Virus record (IMG/VR): IMGVR_UViG_3300037608_000093
Location: 1 to 28,561 of that record
Length of the DNA: 28,561 nt
DNA from: a virus
Taxonomy: Duplodnaviria; Caudoviricetes
Strand: one strand, 5' to 3'
Shown here one piece after another: positions 26,402 through 28,561 of the stretch (the stretch's first letter is position 1; each line of letters begins with the position of its first letter). Under the pieces are notes generated by a model. The model worked only from the letters and a program-made list of their open reading frames with translations, searched no databases and was not told the DNA's origin. Position numbers and translations under genes: made by a program.

Positions 26402-26766
26402 ACTGCCCGCCTTTTCTCTGTAGGGACATGCGTCCTCGCTTGTCCTGGTCGTAGGGACATACCTTGCGCTTGTCCGTCATTCCCGCGAAGGCGGGAATCC
26501 TGTCCCTTCAGTCCATCACCGTCCACTGTTACTGTAGCGGCATGCGTCCCCGCATGTCCGTCATTATCCATAATCTTAAGACACCCATCCAAATACTCTT
26601 TTATCTTCGCCCGCATCTTAGGTGCGTTACGGTTCTCCCGGCATATCTCCCGGATATATTCCACCGTCACGCCCATTGCCTTAGCCAGTTCAACCTGCGT
26701 CATATCAGCATCCAAGAGCATATGCTTAATCTCTTTGCCGGTCGGCTTAAAAATTTTTCTTGCCAT
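26398..26766 (-). CDS. Ner/Cro-like HTH regulator with repeat-derived C-terminal extension
   Basis: GKEIKHMLLDADMTQVELAKAMGVTVEYIREI XRE-type HTH, divergent from the repressor; start moved to ATG 26766 after GAGGGAG. Confidence 0.85.
   Translation of the reverse strand: MARKIFKPTGKEIKHMLLDADMTQVELAKAMGVTVEYIREICRENRNAPKMRAKIKEYLDGCLKIMDNDGHAGTHAATVTVDGDGLKGQDSRLRGNDGQAQGMSLRPGQARTHVPTEKRRAV
26420..26571 (+). repeat. Tandem repeat cassette within the Ner-like CDS
   Basis: GTAG hairpins at 26420-26445, 26451-26475 and 26534-26561; dRS3-like 26476-26500; GTCC(A) units 26502-26526. Confidence 0.9.
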
Positions 26767-26816
26767 TTCTTCAGCTCCCTCTATTTTGTTTATTATGTGC
26801 GTCTGAGTACAATGAC

Positions 26817-26845
26817 AAGATATTCTCATATGAGAATGGTGTCAA
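26817..26845 (-). promoter_or_regulatory. Early promoter: TTGACA-17 bp-TATCTT
   Basis: -35 at 26840-26845, -10 at 26817-26822, exact 17-bp spacer. Confidence 0.75.
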
Positions 26846-26868
26846 GAAAAATCGTTCTCAAATGAGAC
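26822..26868. promoter_or_regulatory. Two operator palindromes (ATTCTCATATGAGAAT; TTCTCAAATGAGAC)
   Basis: Perfect 16-bp dyad 26822-26837 in the promoter spacer; imperfect copy at 26855-26868 ahead of the repressor start. Confidence 0.8.
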
Positions 26869-26878
26869 TTTAATAGTT

Positions 26879-27547
26879 ATGGGAGTTCCTGTGGATGTAA
26901 AAAATCGTTTAGCAGACTTGCTTTTAGCCCTCAATATTTCTCAGGGTAAATTTGCTAAATCAATTAATATATCTCCATCTAATGTCTCAGAGTGGATATC
27001 AAAAGATAATAAAAATCCAAGCATGGACGCTTTATTTAAGATTTGTTTTAAATACAATGTCAACATCAACTGGTTGCTGACTGGTAAAGGTGAAATGTTT
27101 ATTAGTGACATTGCGAAGCCGGAACCCTTAGAAGCGGATCAGGCGATTACATCCATACCTATATATACAGATATCGCTGCCGGTGCTCCCTATCCTGCCA
27201 CCTATGGTGAACCTTTGGAAGTCATCCAGCTCCCCACCAAGCTTTTGACCCATTCCGGACCCTACCTTGCTTTCAAAGTCAATGGACAGTCTATGGAACC
27301 CCTGATTATGCATGATGATTATGTGGTTTTAACGCAGAATTGGAAAGGTCTAAAGCTCTCTGGACGCATCTGTGCCTTTCGCACTTCTGATGGCATTACC
27401 CTCAAGACTATGCACTACGATAAAAAGTCACGCTGCACTTTTCTTTTTCCGGTCAATCAAAAGTTCTCTTACACCGTTTATGACAAGACAGATCCAGACC
27501 TGGTGTTGTTTGCCGTATTACTTGTATCCATAAGAAAATATATCTAA
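26879..27547 (+). CDS. CI/LexA-like repressor (XRE HTH + S24 peptidase)
   Basis: ISQGKFAKSINISPSNVSEW HTH, NINWLLTGKGEM, IAAG cleavage site, VNGQSMEP catalytic Ser and TLK catalytic Lys. Confidence 0.93.
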   Translation: MGVPVDVKNRLADLLLALNISQGKFAKSINISPSNVSEWISKDNKNPSMDALFKICFKYNVNINWLLTGKGEMFISDIAKPEPLEADQAITSIPIYTDIAAGAPYPATYGEPLEVIQLPTKLLTHSGPYLAFKVNGQSMEPLIMHDDYVVLTQNWKGLKLSGRICAFRTSDGITLKTMHYDKKSRCTFLFPVNQKFSYTVYDKTDPDLVLFAVLLVSIRKYI

Positions 27548-27556
27548 GGAGTTGCC

Positions 27557-28075
27557 ATGAAACCTATTATATCATTACTTGTTTTTATTATGCTCTTAAA
27601 TGTTATCTGCCCGTCTTTGTTAGCAATTGAAAAAGCACTGGATTCTATAACGCTAAAAAGTAGCAGACAGCTGTCTGGCACAATTACAGGTTACAATAAG
27701 CAAGTAGTTTATTTCAAAACTGATACAGGTGCGTTATACAAAATCCAAAAGACCAATATAATGGATTTAGTAACCACCGATGAGCTGAGATCAAAGGTCT
27801 ATGCCAACGGCACCAAATACCCCAGCAATCATCTGTCTTATGATGAGTTAGAGTTTGTTAAAGCGAAGCCTGATAAAGTTAAAAACACCTTGAACACTGC
27901 TTCCGCAAATGAATCTTTTCTTGTTGTAAATACTGAAATAGATAGTCTGCCAACTTACCAAAGACTTCATATTCAGCAGCTGCAAGCTATTAACAAAAAC
28001 GTTCAAATGATTTGGCTGACTTCTTTACTTATGGTATTAGCTTCATTAGCCACAGCAGCATCGTTGAGCCAATAA
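27557..28075 (+). CDS. Exported protein with C-terminal TM anchor, co-transcribed with repressor
   Basis: AAGGAG RBS; signal peptide; C-terminal hydrophobic helix MIWLTSLLMVLASLATAA. Confidence 0.75.
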   Translation: MKPIISLLVFIMLLNVICPSLLAIEKALDSITLKSSRQLSGTITGYNKQVVYFKTDTGALYKIQKTNIMDLVTTDELRSKVYANGTKYPSNHLSYDELEFVKAKPDKVKNTLNTASANESFLVVNTEIDSLPTYQRLHIQQLQAINKNVQMIWLTSLLMVLASLATAASLSQ

Positions 28076-28100
28076 AGACTATTTATTAATTAAAGCTTAT

Positions 28101-28331
28101 TATCAATAGATTATTTTTGCCAAGTTGTTGTCCCTTCACCGACAAGTTCGTGGCAAAACTCAAAAACCTCTAAAACTTTTTGCCAAGTTGTTGTCGGAAA
28201 GATAACAGAATTGCTCATTTTTGCCAACTTGAAATTATTTTATTTTATGCCACTTATTTATCTGCAAAATCAATAACTTAAAGCACACTTCCATCACTAT
28301 CCATTATTGCCATACTACCTGTCTCCCCATA
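28101..28331. promoter_or_regulatory. Repressor-proximal end (Mu L-end equivalent): binding sites with IHF-consensus spacer
   Basis: Sites at 28114-28133, 28139-28158, 28177-28197 and outermost 28307-28323; WATCAANNNNTTR matches at 28101-28113 and 28268-28280. Confidence 0.8.
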
Positions 28332-28336
28332 TAAAT
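28332..28336 (+). repeat. 5-bp target-site duplication TAAAT, right copy
   Basis: Matches 123-127. Confidence 0.75.
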
Positions 28337-28561
28337 CATTGATTATTAGTTTGTTATAACTTGTTTTTGACAGCGAAAAAATAGGGAAGTTTTCAGCATT
28401 GTAAGAGGCATTTTTTGGGAAGTAAACTTGTTAGTTTTGATGGATTTTATAAGATGATTTATCCTCTATTTACCACATGTACTGGAAACTTTACTATCCT
28501 ACTTACCTCAGGGAGTCCACTCGGGGTTATCGTGAACTTAGCCCGGGAGGACCCCGGGAGG

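Larger units (their letters stand above)
128..28331. mobile_element. Mu-like transposable prophage (siphovirus-type tail), apparently complete
   Basis: Full Mu-type gene set (repressor/Ner, DDE transposase, AAA ATPase, DUF3164, gpG/gp36/gp37/protease I/portal/MuF); inverted end arrays; identical 5-mer TAAAT at 123-127 and 28332-28336. Confidence 0.93.

Noticed and set aside
28177-28212. Canonical-looking terminus ...TGTCGGAAAGATAACA ending at CA 28207
   Set aside because: The following GAATT has no matching 5-mer before a TG at the other end, and a further binding site with a symmetric TSD lies at 28307-28336.

Overview
The window holds one apparently complete, compact Mu-like transposable prophage (about 128..28331, 28.2 kb) with a non-contractile, siphovirus-type tail. 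In Mu orientation (right to left) it carries a CI-like repressor and a co-transcribed membrane protein (+), then a divergent early operon (-): Ner-like protein, DDE transposase A, MuB-like ATPase, GemA-like, DUF3164, a small Mor-like HTH and a zinc-finger protein. An inverted head/packaging block follows (+): gp37-, gp36- and gpG-like proteins, terminase subunits, portal, and MuF with a likely PBECR-type nuclease tail. The late operon (-) holds protease I, capsid, two paralogous tube-like genes, lysis genes, a pentapeptide-repeat protein, a tail chaperone with a -1 frameshift, tape measure and tail tip genes. Three features stand out. (1) Symmetric binding-site arrays and a 5-bp TAAAT duplication place the termini at 5'-TAT...ATA-3' rather than the canonical TG...CA. 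(2) The phage is seeded with several families of short, modular REP-like hairpins and 7-10-bp-period micro-arrays, all in one orientation; the hairpins show compensatory base changes and many copies are translated in frame inside Ner, the transposase and other early proteins. (3) A C-over-G skew on the + strand persists regardless of gene direction. Product calls rest on motif recognition and synteny only; no searches were run.
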